Origin: Syntrophaceae bacterium
GTDB lineage: Bacteria; Desulfobacterota; Syntrophia; Syntrophales; UBA5619
Direction of reading: 5' to 3'
Assembly (NCBI GenBank): GCA_003141195.1
Contig: PLLC01000106.1
Location: 2,745-66,744, forward strand
DNA: 64,000 bases
How positions within the stretch are numbered: position 1 is the first letter of the stretch; every line of letters begins with the position of its first letter. Made by a program: the position numbers and the translations under genes. This document shows, piece after piece, positions 44,262 through 53,005 of the stretch. Under the pieces are notes generated by a model. It had not been told where the DNA came from, did no database searches, and was given only the letters and a program-made list of their open reading frames with translations.

Positions 44262-45179
44262 ATGTCGGACGAGATGATGAACACCAAAGAGGTCGCTGGC
44301 TACCTGGGCATCCACGAAAAGCAGGTTTACGCCCTGATCAAGACGGGGCGCATGCCGGCGACGCGCGTCACGGGGAAGTGGATATTCCCGAAGAAGGTGA
44401 TCGACGGCTGGATCGAGTCGAACGCCAGATCAGGTCTCGAACAGGCCAGACAGAAGAGCGGACGGATCCCAGGCGCCCTGCTGGCCTCGGGCAGCAACGA
44501 TCCGGTTCTCGACATCCTCCAGACTTGCCTGCGGAAAGCCCATCCGGAGTTCTACATCTTCTCGGCCAATACGGGAAGCCGGGAGGGTCTGATCGCCCTG
44601 GAAAAGGGCTTTACCGACATTGCCTGGACCCACCTGCTCGATCCCGAAACGGGGGAGTACAACATCCCCTACCTGGACAGGCTGGTTCCGGGAGTCAAGG
44701 CCGTGGTCGTGAACCTTTTCTTCCGGGAACTTGGTTTTGTGATCGCCCGGGGAAATCCCCGGCGCATCCGGAAATTTGCGGATCTCGTCCGGAAGGGGGT
44801 CCGTTTCGTCAACCGCCAGACCGGTTCGGGGACGCGCCTGCTGCTGGATCACCATCTGGAGAAGGCCGGGATTCTCGCCGCCCGGATCGCCGGTTATGAC
44901 CGGGAGGTCTTCACCCATATCGAAATCGGCATCGCCGTCCTCTCCGGAGAGGCGGATGCGGGAATCGCCACGGCGGCGGTTTCGAGCCTGCTCGGCCTCG
45001 ATTTTGTTCCCATAACCAAAGAGCGGTTCGACATGGTCCTCGATCAGTCGGTCTTCTTTCAGAAAGGGGTCCAGGCCCTCATGGAAACGCTGGGCGGGGA
45101 AGAGTTCCGAAAAAGGGTCGGGAAGCTGGGGAGCTATGACTTCCGGAGTTCAGGAAAGATTCTCTATTCAAAGCCATAG
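44262..45179 (+). CDS. TunR-like regulator: excisionase/MerR-type HTH fused to a periplasmic-binding-protein-like (molybdate/tungstate) domain
   Basis: 305 aa. N-terminal HTH MNTKEVAGYLGIHEKQVYALIKTGRMPATRVTGKWIFPKKVIDGW, then a PBP-like domain (LLASGSNDPVLD...GFTDIAWTHL...VNRQTGSGTRLLLD). Directly upstream of tupA/B/C. Confidence 0.75.
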   Translation: MSDEMMNTKEVAGYLGIHEKQVYALIKTGRMPATRVTGKWIFPKKVIDGWIESNARSGLEQARQKSGRIPGALLASGSNDPVLDILQTCLRKAHPEFYIFSANTGSREGLIALEKGFTDIAWTHLLDPETGEYNIPYLDRLVPGVKAVVVNLFFRELGFVIARGNPRRIRKFADLVRKGVRFVNRQTGSGTRLLLDHHLEKAGILAARIAGYDREVFTHIEIGIAVLSGEADAGIATAAVSSLLGLDFVPITKERFDMVLDQSVFFQKGVQALMETLGGEEFRKRVGKLGSYDFRSSGKILYSKP

Positions 45180-45211
45180 ACAGTTTTGATGAATCGGAAA
45201 AGGAGTCGGAG

Positions 45212-46063
45212 ATGAAAAAATGGGTATTCGCGGTTTTGTTTGCCCTGGCGATCCTTCTTCCCTGCTCGGGGTACGCGCAGGACGGGAAGTTCGTTCTTCT
45301 GGCCAGCACGATCGGGCCGATCGACGCCGGCATTGTCGGGGCGCTGGAGAAGGGATTCGAACAAGAGACGGGAATCCGGGTGCGACACGTGGGCGCCGGG
45401 ACGGGCGCGGCCCTCAAGATGGCCGAGGGCGGGCAGTTCGACCTGGTCCTTGTCCATGCCAAGGCGCTGGAGGAGAAGTTCGTGCAGGGCGGTTTCGGGA
45501 CGCAGCGGGTGCCCCTGATGTACAATGACTTCGTCATCGTGGGGCCGGCGGCCGATCCGGCGGGGATCCGGGGGATGAAGACGGCGGCCGAGGCGCTCAA
45601 AACCATCGCCGCCAAAGGGGTGACCTTCATCACCCGCGGGGACCAATCGGGAACGCATGTCGCCGAGCTGGATCTCTGGGTGAAGTCGGGCGTCAAGCCC
45701 GCCGGTCCCTGGTATGTCACCTACGAGAAGGGATCGACCGGGAACGTTCCGACCCTCCTCTTTACGGATGAAAAGCAGGCCTACACGGTGATCGACCGGG
45801 CGACCCAACTTTCTGTCCGCAACAAGATCAAGCTCGCCATCCTCGTGGAGAACGAAGAGGCGATGCTGAATTTCATCTCGCTCATCCCCGTCAATCCGGC
45901 GAAGTTTCCCCGCGTCAACGCGGCGGCGGCGATGCAGTTCGTGGAGTGGATGACGGCCCCGGAGAAGGGGCAGGTGATCATCCGGGATTTCGGAAAGGAC
46001 CAATACGGTGCGCCGATGTTCTTCCCCAATTCCGACGCCTGGCGGAAAAAAATGGGGAAGTAA
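45212..46063 (+). CDS. TupA-like periplasmic oxyanion-binding protein, divergent paralog
   Basis: 283 aa, signal peptide. Overall collinear with the next gene (MYNDFVIVGPAADPAGI, TRGDQSGTHVAE, INPAKFPRVN). The N-terminal anion-binding motif reads LLASTIGPIDAGIV rather than LATTTSTQDSGLL. Confidence 0.8.
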   Translation: MKKWVFAVLFALAILLPCSGYAQDGKFVLLASTIGPIDAGIVGALEKGFEQETGIRVRHVGAGTGAALKMAEGGQFDLVLVHAKALEEKFVQGGFGTQRVPLMYNDFVIVGPAADPAGIRGMKTAAEALKTIAAKGVTFITRGDQSGTHVAELDLWVKSGVKPAGPWYVTYEKGSTGNVPTLLFTDEKQAYTVIDRATQLSVRNKIKLAILVENEEAMLNFISLIPVNPAKFPRVNAAAAMQFVEWMTAPEKGQVIIRDFGKDQYGAPMFFPNSDAWRKKMGK

Positions 46064-46089
46064 TGGTTTTTTAATAAAAGGAGAAGAAA

Positions 46090-46947
46090 ATGAAACGACA
46101 ATGGCAGAAGGTTTTGGGCGCGGCGCTCATCGCCGCGGCATTGATGATCGGCATGGCGCTGCCCGCCTCCGCGGCGGGGCCGGCACAGAAGAACCTGATC
46201 CTTGCGACGACGACCAGCACCCAGGATTCGGGGCTCTTGGACGTCCTGATCCCGGTGTTTGAAAAGAAGACCGGCTATTTCGTCAAAACGATCGCCGTAG
46301 GCTCCGGTCAGGCGATGGCGATGGGGCAGAAGGGCGAGGCGGACGTCCTGCTGGTCCATTCACCCGATGCGGAAAAGAAGTTCATGGCGGAGGGAAGCGG
46401 TGTGAACCGGCTGATCGTCATGCACAACGACTTCATCGTCGTCGGACCGCCCGCCGATCCGGCCGCGATCAATGGGGCCAAGAGCACGGTTGAGGCCTTC
46501 AAAAAGATCGCCGCAGCCGGTTCACTCTTCCTGTCGCGGGGGGATAACTCCGGGACCCACGCCAAGGAGCAGGGGATCTGGAAGGCGGCCGGGATCAACC
46601 CCGAGAGACAGAAGTGGTACCAGCAGACCGGCCTCGGGATGGGGCAGACCCTGAACGTTGCGGCCGAGAAGAAGGGTTACATCCTTGCCGACCGGGGGAC
46701 CTGGCTTTCCCTGCAGCAGAAGCTCGGCCTTCCCATCCTCAAGGAGGGGGATCCGATCCTGTTGAACGTCTATCACGTTATCCAAGTGAACCCGGCCAAG
46801 TGGCCGAAGGTGAATGCCGACGGCGCGAAGGTCTTCTCCGACTTCATGGTCTCCGCGGAAACCCAGGGGATCATCAAGACCTTCGGCGTGGAGAAGTACG
46901 GAGGGGCGCTCTTCTTCCCCGACGCGGGCAAGCCGGAGTACGACTAA
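46090..46947 (+). CDS. tupA: Tungstate ABC transporter substrate-binding protein
   Basis: 285 aa, signal peptide. Canonical motifs LATTTSTQDSGLLDVL, MHNDFIVVGPPADPA, SRGDNSGTHAKE. Confidence 0.85.
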   Translation: MKRQWQKVLGAALIAAALMIGMALPASAAGPAQKNLILATTTSTQDSGLLDVLIPVFEKKTGYFVKTIAVGSGQAMAMGQKGEADVLLVHSPDAEKKFMAEGSGVNRLIVMHNDFIVVGPPADPAAINGAKSTVEAFKKIAAAGSLFLSRGDNSGTHAKEQGIWKAAGINPERQKWYQQTGLGMGQTLNVAAEKKGYILADRGTWLSLQQKLGLPILKEGDPILLNVYHVIQVNPAKWPKVNADGAKVFSDFMVSAETQGIIKTFGVEKYGGALFFPDAGKPEYD

Positions 46948-47036
46948 TCATTGATGTAAGAAAGTGAAAACGGGCGTCGCGGGGCGGGATCTGCGCCCCG
47001 GCGACGCCCGCCGGAACACGGCAGGCGGTGTATTTG

Positions 47037-47735
47037 ATGGATTTGATTCTGGAAGGGATCCTGAAGGCCTTTTATCTCATCTTTACGCTGGACGCGGAGG
47101 TCCTAGGGATCACGCTCCTGTCCCTGAAGGTGTCGGGGACGGCGACGCTGATCAGCCTCTTCATCGGGATCTCCGCCGGGACGGCCGTGGCCCTCTCCCG
47201 GTTTCCGGGGAGGCAACTGGTCGTGAGCCTGATCAACACGGGGATGGGCCTCCCGCCGGTGGTCGTGGGCCTCTTCGTGACGATCTTCCTCTGGCGGAAC
47301 GGGCCGCTCGGTTTCCTGGAGATCCTTTACACCCCGACGGCTATCATCCTGGCTCAGGCCGTCATCGCCACCCCGATTGTCACGGGGATCACCCTGGCGT
47401 CCATCCAGCATCTACCGGCGAACCTCCGCCTCCAGATCCTCGCCCTGGGTGCGACGCGCGTCCAGATGGTCTGGCTCCTGGTCAAGGAAGCGCGCCTGCC
47501 TCTCCTGGCGGCCGTGATGGCCGGCTTCGGCGGAGTCATCTCGGAGGTCGGGGCCTCCATCATGGTCGGCGGCAACATCAAGGGCTACTCCCGGGTCCTG
47601 ACGACGGCGACCGTGATGGAGACGAGCCGGGGTAATTTCGATATTGCGATCGCCCTCGGAATCATTCTCCTGCTTCTCGCGTTTCTCGTCAACGCGATCC
47701 TCACGCAGATCCAGCAGCGGGAGAGGCCCCGATGA
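47037..47735 (+). CDS. tupB: Tungstate ABC transporter permease
   Basis: ORF 47028 (GTG) / 47037 (ATG)..47735. Five or six TM segments. BPD-transporter EAA-like region LQILALGATRVQMVWLLVKEARLPL. Confidence 0.85.
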   Translation: MDLILEGILKAFYLIFTLDAEVLGITLLSLKVSGTATLISLFIGISAGTAVALSRFPGRQLVVSLINTGMGLPPVVVGLFVTIFLWRNGPLGFLEILYTPTAIILAQAVIATPIVTGITLASIQHLPANLRLQILALGATRVQMVWLLVKEARLPLLAAVMAGFGGVISEVGASIMVGGNIKGYSRVLTTATVMETSRGNFDIAIALGIILLLLAFLVNAILTQIQQRERPR

Positions 47736-48847
47736 GCTCAAAAGACAATCCCGCGATTCTGCTGAAAGCCGAAGAGCTCCAGGTCCGCCGGGGCGGGGCG
47801 CTCGTCCTCGACATCCCGGCCCTGGACATTTTCCCGGGTCAGGTTCTTGCCCTGATCGGTCCGAACGGCGCAGGGAAATCGACCCTCCTGTTGACGCTCG
47901 CCTGCCTGCTGAAACCTTCACGGGGCCGCTTTTCCTTCAACGGGCGGGAGATCGACGCCGGACGCGGCGATGTCGATTACCGGCGGCGCGTCGCGATGGT
48001 CTTCCAGGAACCGCTTCTCTTCGACGCGACAGTCTTCGACAACGTGGCCGCCGGTCTCCGGATCCGCGGTGTGGGACGAGCGGAGATCGGGCGGGCCGTT
48101 CCCGGTTATCTGGAACTTTTCGGTATTGCTCCCCTGGCGATGCGTTCCGCCCGGAAGATCTCCGGAGGGGAGGCGCAGCGGACTAGCCTCGCCCGGGCCT
48201 TCGTGACGGAACCGGAGATCGTGTTCCTCGACGAGCCTTTTTCCTCGCTCGATCCGCCGACGCGTGAGGCCCTGCTTGGCGATCTCGAAAGGATCATACG
48301 CGAGACGCGCACGACGGCGGTGGCGTCGACCCATGACCAGACGGAGGCCCTCCGGCTGGCCGACCGGATGGCGGTGATGAATGAAGGGAAAATCGTCCAG
48401 ATCGGGCCGGTCGCCGAGGTGATCAACCGGCCGGCGGACGGTTTCGTTGCCTCCTTTGTGGGGGTGGAAACGGTCCTGCCGGGATGCGTCCTCCGGAGTT
48501 CCGACGGGGTATTCACGGCTGCTGTGGAAGGCGGCGAGATCCAGGCGGTCGGCCATCTCCGTCCTAGAGAAAGGGTTCTCTGCTGCATCCGGCCGGAGCA
48601 TGTGACCCTCTCCACGAACACCCCGTTTCCGGAGTCCAGTGCGCGGAACGTCTTTTCGGGAACGATCCGAAAGATCACGCCGCTCGGCCTCTTCCACCGG
48701 GTCCGCGTGGATTGCGGCTTCGACCTGGTCGTCTATGTGACCCGCCAGTCCATCGAAGAGCTTTCCCTGGAGGAGGGGAAAACCGTCATCGCCTCGTTCA
48801 AGGCGACGGCGGTCCATGTTATCCCCCGCGGGGCGCCGCCGAATTGA
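47732..48847 (+). CDS. tupC: Tungstate ABC transporter ATP-binding protein with C-terminal TOBE-like domain
   Basis: Walker A GPNGAGKST, signature ISGGEAQR, Walker B IVFLDEPFSSLD. ATGA overlap with tupB. C-terminal ~120 aa beta-rich TOBE-like tail. Confidence 0.9.
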   Translation: MSSKDNPAILLKAEELQVRRGGALVLDIPALDIFPGQVLALIGPNGAGKSTLLLTLACLLKPSRGRFSFNGREIDAGRGDVDYRRRVAMVFQEPLLFDATVFDNVAAGLRIRGVGRAEIGRAVPGYLELFGIAPLAMRSARKISGGEAQRTSLARAFVTEPEIVFLDEPFSSLDPPTREALLGDLERIIRETRTTAVASTHDQTEALRLADRMAVMNEGKIVQIGPVAEVINRPADGFVASFVGVETVLPGCVLRSSDGVFTAAVEGGEIQAVGHLRPRERVLCCIRPEHVTLSTNTPFPESSARNVFSGTIRKITPLGLFHRVRVDCGFDLVVYVTRQSIEELSLEEGKTVIASFKATAVHVIPRGAPPN

Positions 48848-49016
48848 AAGAGGTTTGCCTTTTCCGCGAAGAATCGCCGCCACTCCACGAGGCGACCGAT
48901 TACCCTTTTCCCAATCGTTCATGTTTTCCGCCCGTTCATCATCCTTGACAAAACGGACTGATAAAGTTTAGTGTTTAGGCAGATCGGTAATCATATTAAC
49001 AGCAAGGGGGTATGTG

Positions 49017-49160
49017 ATGGGCGGTTCAGAGGAGCTGCATCAGATCGGGCGTTTCGTTCTGATCAACCGCGAGGATATGGTCAAGGCGCTGGAGGAGCAC
49101 AAACTGAAGGTGGCGGGTCTCGTGGAGGAGGGGGATCGGCGGAGCTCGGTCAATGGCTGA
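49017..49160 (+). CDS. Small hypothetical ORF A (47 aa), or the 5' part of a frameshifted ~110-aa gene
   Basis: ATG at 49017 with AAGGGGG upstream: MGGSEELHQIGRFVLINREDMVKALEEHKLKVAGLVEEGDRRSSVNG*. Strong GC3 bias. The stop TGA overlaps the next ATG (TGATG at 49158-49162). Confidence 0.4.
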   Translation: MGGSEELHQIGRFVLINREDMVKALEEHKLKVAGLVEEGDRRSSVNG

Positions 49161-49348
49161 TGGCCGGGGAGATCGTCACCGGAAGGCTGGCCAGGCTTGG
49201 CGGCGCCAGCATTCTCCTGACGAAGCGGACGGATCTCCAGACGATGAGCACCCGCGCCGTTGGATCGCTGAAATGCTCCTCCGGGAAGGAAGAGGAACTG
49301 CTCGACGGGATGCCCGACCTGGCACGGCGCCTGGTCGAGGCCCGGTAA
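49160..49348 (+). CDS. Small hypothetical ORF B (62 aa), or the 3' part of a frameshifted gene
   Basis: MAGEIVTGRLARLGGASILLTKRTDLQTMSTRAVGSLKCSSGKEEELLDGMPDLARRLVEAR*. Strong GC3 bias. This frame is open upstream past a G5 run at 49130-49134. Confidence 0.4.
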   Translation: MAGEIVTGRLARLGGASILLTKRTDLQTMSTRAVGSLKCSSGKEEELLDGMPDLARRLVEAR

Positions 49349-49400
49349 AGAAAACGGACGCCCTCCTGGAGGCGGGCGAAGATCCGGGAAAGAACCTGAT

Positions 49401-50360
49401 ATGCGCATCGATGTAAGGAATGTGAAACTGCCCGCGGCGGGCATGGAAAGGAAGCCGGACAAGCCGGGACCGATCCGGCCGCAGGGAACCTCCTCGCGCC
49501 TGCCGTTCCTCCTGTTCGTTGCGCTCGTTGCGGCGCTTTTCATCGGTTACCGTTATGTCACGGATTCGGAGATGTACCGGACGGCCGAGACCTTCGTCCG
49601 CCAGAACGAGGAGATCCGGACCACATTCGGGGAGGTGCGCCACTGCCGTCTCTGGTTTCCCTTTAAGGTTGATTTTCCGGATGACGCCCCGCGGATTCAT
49701 CTGACCCTGCAAGTCGAAGGGGCGAAGGCCGACACGGTAGCCTACGTCACGCTGACGAGGGAGGGGACAAAATGGCGCGTCGTCGCCGCCTCCTATGAGG
49801 ACGGTCGGGGGCAGATCCGGCCTCTCCTGAAGGTGGAAAAGTCGCCCGCGGCGAAGGGAAAGGCGGGGCAAACGGCCGCACCGCAGACCAAACCGAAGGC
49901 AAAGAGTTCTCCCGAAGGTGAGGAACTGAAAAAAGGCCACAGAGCGTACAGGGAGAAAAACTTCGATCAGGCGATCGCCGCGTATGACCGGGCTATCCTG
50001 CTCGCCCCGGACAGTTTCGTCGCCTTCTACTGGCGCGGCCGGGCCTTTGCGGAGAAGGGACTCGACGATAAGGCGCTCGCTGACATGCAGAAAACCATTC
50101 AGCTCCGGCTGGACCACATCGGCGCTTGGCGGTGGCTCGGCTACCTCCAGGGGAAAAACAACCGCTTCGACGACTGCGTTGCCTCGCTCACAAAGGCGAT
50201 CGATCTCCAGGCAGACCACGCCTGGACCTACTATAACCGCGGCCGCTGCTACTTCAAAAAGGGCGACTCCGCAAAGGCCTTGGAGGATGCAAAGAAATCG
50301 TGCAGCCTCGGCTTGAAGGAAGGCTGTCGGATCGCCGAGCAGATCAAGGCGAGGAAGTAG
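49401..50360 (+). CDS. Membrane-anchored TPR repeat protein
   Basis: 319 aa. TM segment LPFLLFVALVAALFIGY, a small N-terminal domain, a Lys/Pro-rich linker, then TPR units (AYREKNFDQAIAAYDRAI..., WRGRAFAEKG..., YYNRGRCYFKKGDSAKALEDAKKSC). Alternative start at ATG 49443. Confidence 0.75.
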   Translation: MRIDVRNVKLPAAGMERKPDKPGPIRPQGTSSRLPFLLFVALVAALFIGYRYVTDSEMYRTAETFVRQNEEIRTTFGEVRHCRLWFPFKVDFPDDAPRIHLTLQVEGAKADTVAYVTLTREGTKWRVVAASYEDGRGQIRPLLKVEKSPAAKGKAGQTAAPQTKPKAKSSPEGEELKKGHRAYREKNFDQAIAAYDRAILLAPDSFVAFYWRGRAFAEKGLDDKALADMQKTIQLRLDHIGAWRWLGYLQGKNNRFDDCVASLTKAIDLQADHAWTYYNRGRCYFKKGDSAKALEDAKKSCSLGLKEGCRIAEQIKARK

Positions 50361-50361
50361 T

Positions 50362-52146
50362 CTATTTGTACATCCCGGCGATCACATCCTTGTACTTCTC
50401 GTTGATGACCTTTCGTTTGAGCTTCATGGTCGGTGTCATCTCGCCGTTCTCCTGGGTGAACGGGTGGGGGAGAAGATGGAATTTCTTGACCGTTTCGTAG
50501 CGGGCGAGTTCCTTCGTGTTCTCCCGGATCCGCTTCTCGTAGAACTGGACGATCTCGGGATTTTGAATCAGTTCCTCACGGGAGGGAAAGAGGATGTTGT
50601 GCTTCCGGGCGTACTCCTCCAGCGGGTCGAAGGCGGGAACGATAAGGGCCGTCACGTACTGTCGAAGGTCGCCGATGATCGAGACCTGATCCACGTAGTA
50701 GTCGTTTCCGATCAGGGTTTCGACGAGCTGCGGGGCGATGTATTTCCCGCCCGAGGTCTTCATCAGGTCCTTGATCCGGTCGGTGATCGAGAGAAAGCCG
50801 TCCTCGATGACGCCCACATCCCCCGTCCGGAACCAGCCGTCCGCGGTGAACGCCTCGGCCGTCGCCTCCGGCTTTTTGTAGTAGCCCTTCGTGACCGTTC
50901 CCCCTTTCACCTGGATTTCACCGGACTCGCCGATCCTGACCTCCACGCCCGGGATCGGTTTCCCGACGGTGCCGGGACGGGAATGGTACTTCTCATGGCA
51001 GGTCACGGTGGCGCAGGTCTCGGTGAGGCCGTAGCCGTAGGCGATGGTCACCCCGGCTGCGTGGAAGAACTCTTCGATCTTCTTCGAGAGGGGCGCCCCG
51101 GCGCAGGGGAAGAAGCGGATGCGGCCGCCGACGACTCCCCGGATCTTCTTCAACACCAGGGCCTCGGCGATCTTGTGCTTGATGTTCAGGATGGGTGGAA
51201 CCGGCAGTTGTTCCTTCCTCAGGAGGAAGACCTGCTCGCCCACCTTGATCGCCCACAGGAAGAGCTTCTTTTTCGCGGGCGGCGCACTTTCCAGCTTTTC
51301 GAAGACCGTCGCGTAGATCTTCTCGTAGAAGCGGGGGACGGCGCACATGATCGTCGGATGCTCGTGTTGCATGTATTCGACGATCTTCGCCGTGTCGTCG
51401 CAGCAGCTCACTAGCATCCCCTGGTTCAGGGCGAAGCGGGTCCACGCCAGCTCGAAGATGTGGGAGAGGGGGAGAAAGCACATCGAGACGTCGCGGTCGC
51501 TCACCTCCAGCCGCTTTTTGTGGGCGACGAAGCAGTGGTAGAAGGTGGAGTGGTGAAGCATGACCCCCTTGGGTTCCCCGGTCGTCCCCGAGGTATAGAT
51601 CAGGGTTGCCAGGTCGTCCATGGAAGCGCGCTGGAGTCTCTGGTCGATCCCGGCATCCCCGCCGGCCCTCCGGCCTTCTTTCAGAAAATCCTTGAAATAG
51701 ACGGCGTTTTCCGCACCGGCAAGGTTTACGCCCTCATTGAAGACAATGATCCTTTTGAGTTTGGGGGAGCCGCCGTGCATGGCGCGGATATGGTCGTACT
51801 GCTCCTGGGCGCCGGCAAAGACGACGCCGATTTCCGCTTCATCCACGATGTATTCGGCCTGCTTCGGCGTGTTGGTGGCATAGATCGGCACGGAAACGCC
51901 GCGGAGGCAGAGGATCGCGTAGTCGGCGACAATCCACTCCGGGCAGTTCTGGGAAAAGATGCTGACCATTTCGCCTTCTTTGACACCCATCGCCAGCAGC
52001 CCCTTGGCCGCCGCCCGGACCTGTTCACCGAGGCTGTTCCATGAGATTTCTCGCCAGACGCAGTTTTGACGGTACCGGATGGCGGTGCGGTCGCTGTATT
52101 TATCGATGCGTTCGAAGAGAGCGGTTGCCAGATGGAATTGGGTCAT
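50362..52146 (-). CDS. Long-chain fatty acid-CoA ligase (AMP-dependent synthetase)
   Basis: 594 aa. AMP-binding motif IYTSGTTGEPKGVMLHH, YGLTETC, GWFRTGDVG, SGGKYIAPQ. Confidence 0.9.
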   Translation of the reverse strand: MTQFHLATALFERIDKYSDRTAIRYRQNCVWREISWNSLGEQVRAAAKGLLAMGVKEGEMVSIFSQNCPEWIVADYAILCLRGVSVPIYATNTPKQAEYIVDEAEIGVVFAGAQEQYDHIRAMHGGSPKLKRIIVFNEGVNLAGAENAVYFKDFLKEGRRAGGDAGIDQRLQRASMDDLATLIYTSGTTGEPKGVMLHHSTFYHCFVAHKKRLEVSDRDVSMCFLPLSHIFELAWTRFALNQGMLVSCCDDTAKIVEYMQHEHPTIMCAVPRFYEKIYATVFEKLESAPPAKKKLFLWAIKVGEQVFLLRKEQLPVPPILNIKHKIAEALVLKKIRGVVGGRIRFFPCAGAPLSKKIEEFFHAAGVTIAYGYGLTETCATVTCHEKYHSRPGTVGKPIPGVEVRIGESGEIQVKGGTVTKGYYKKPEATAEAFTADGWFRTGDVGVIEDGFLSITDRIKDLMKTSGGKYIAPQLVETLIGNDYYVDQVSIIGDLRQYVTALIVPAFDPLEEYARKHNILFPSREELIQNPEIVQFYEKRIRENTKELARYETVKKFHLLPHPFTQENGEMTPTMKLKRKVINEKYKDVIAGMYK

Positions 52147-52442
52147 GGTCGTCTCCTGCTGGATGGGATGCCTGTCAAGGTTATGGGCCGGTGGAACGCC
52201 TTCCCGGGAGAAAGTAGCGGAAAGCGTCTGGCGGCCGCCTCAAGCGACTCCGCCCTGGGGCTTTACAAAAATATGTGGTTAGTATAGGTTGTCTCTCGTT
52301 CCATGTCAAAGGCCTTTTTACATGCAAAAGCGGAAACAGCCCGGGACGCGTTTTCGTGTTTCGGTCCGTTTCGGCGGCCGGTGCTATCGTCGGCGTCAGC
52401 TTGTGTTGGCAATCCGGCGAAGGAAATCTAAGGAGGCGTCAA

Positions 52443-52994
52443 ATGGCCAGAAAGAAAGTTGAGAAGATATCCCTCGGCCAGAGGATGAAGACCGGCCGGG
52501 AGAAGATGGGGATGAGCATCGAGGACCTCGCCCTGGAAACGGGGTACCTGCCGGAGATCCTTGCCGGGGTCGAAGAGAATCGGACCGTGCCTCCGGTGTC
52601 GCTCGTCCTTCAGCTCAGCCGCGTCCTGAAACTGAGCATGGACGAGTTGGAGACACAAGAGGAGGCGCAGGCGACGAAGAGGCGCACCAAAAGCCACAAA
52701 AAACGGGTCGATTCCTACGCCTACATTCCGCTCAGCAAGCCGGGACCAGACAAGCGCCTGCGGGGCTACCTGGTCACGATCGACGCCCTCACCGACCACA
52801 AGGGGGTGGAGTACCATCACGAGGGGGAGGAGTTCGTCTTCGTCCTCAAGGGGAGGATCACCATCCGGATCGGCGAGAACGTCACCCGGCTTGCCAGGGG
52901 GGAGAGCATCCATTTCAATTCCGCCCTCCATCACACGTTGAGCAACCCCGATACCGAGGCTGCCAAGCTGCTGGTCGTTGTCTACGTGCCCTGA
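52443..52994 (+). CDS. XRE-family HTH regulator with C-terminal cupin domain
   Basis: ORF 52275..52994, trimmed to the ATG at 52443 (AAGGAGG upstream). HTH LGQRMKTGREKMGMSIEDLALETGYLPEILAGVE. Cupin HHEGEEFVFVLKGRI...GESIHFNSALHHTL. Confidence 0.8.
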   Translation: MARKKVEKISLGQRMKTGREKMGMSIEDLALETGYLPEILAGVEENRTVPPVSLVLQLSRVLKLSMDELETQEEAQATKRRTKSHKKRVDSYAYIPLSKPGPDKRLRGYLVTIDALTDHKGVEYHHEGEEFVFVLKGRITIRIGENVTRLARGESIHFNSALHHTLSNPDTEAAKLLVVVYVP

Positions 52995-53005
52995 AGGAGG
53001 ATGCG

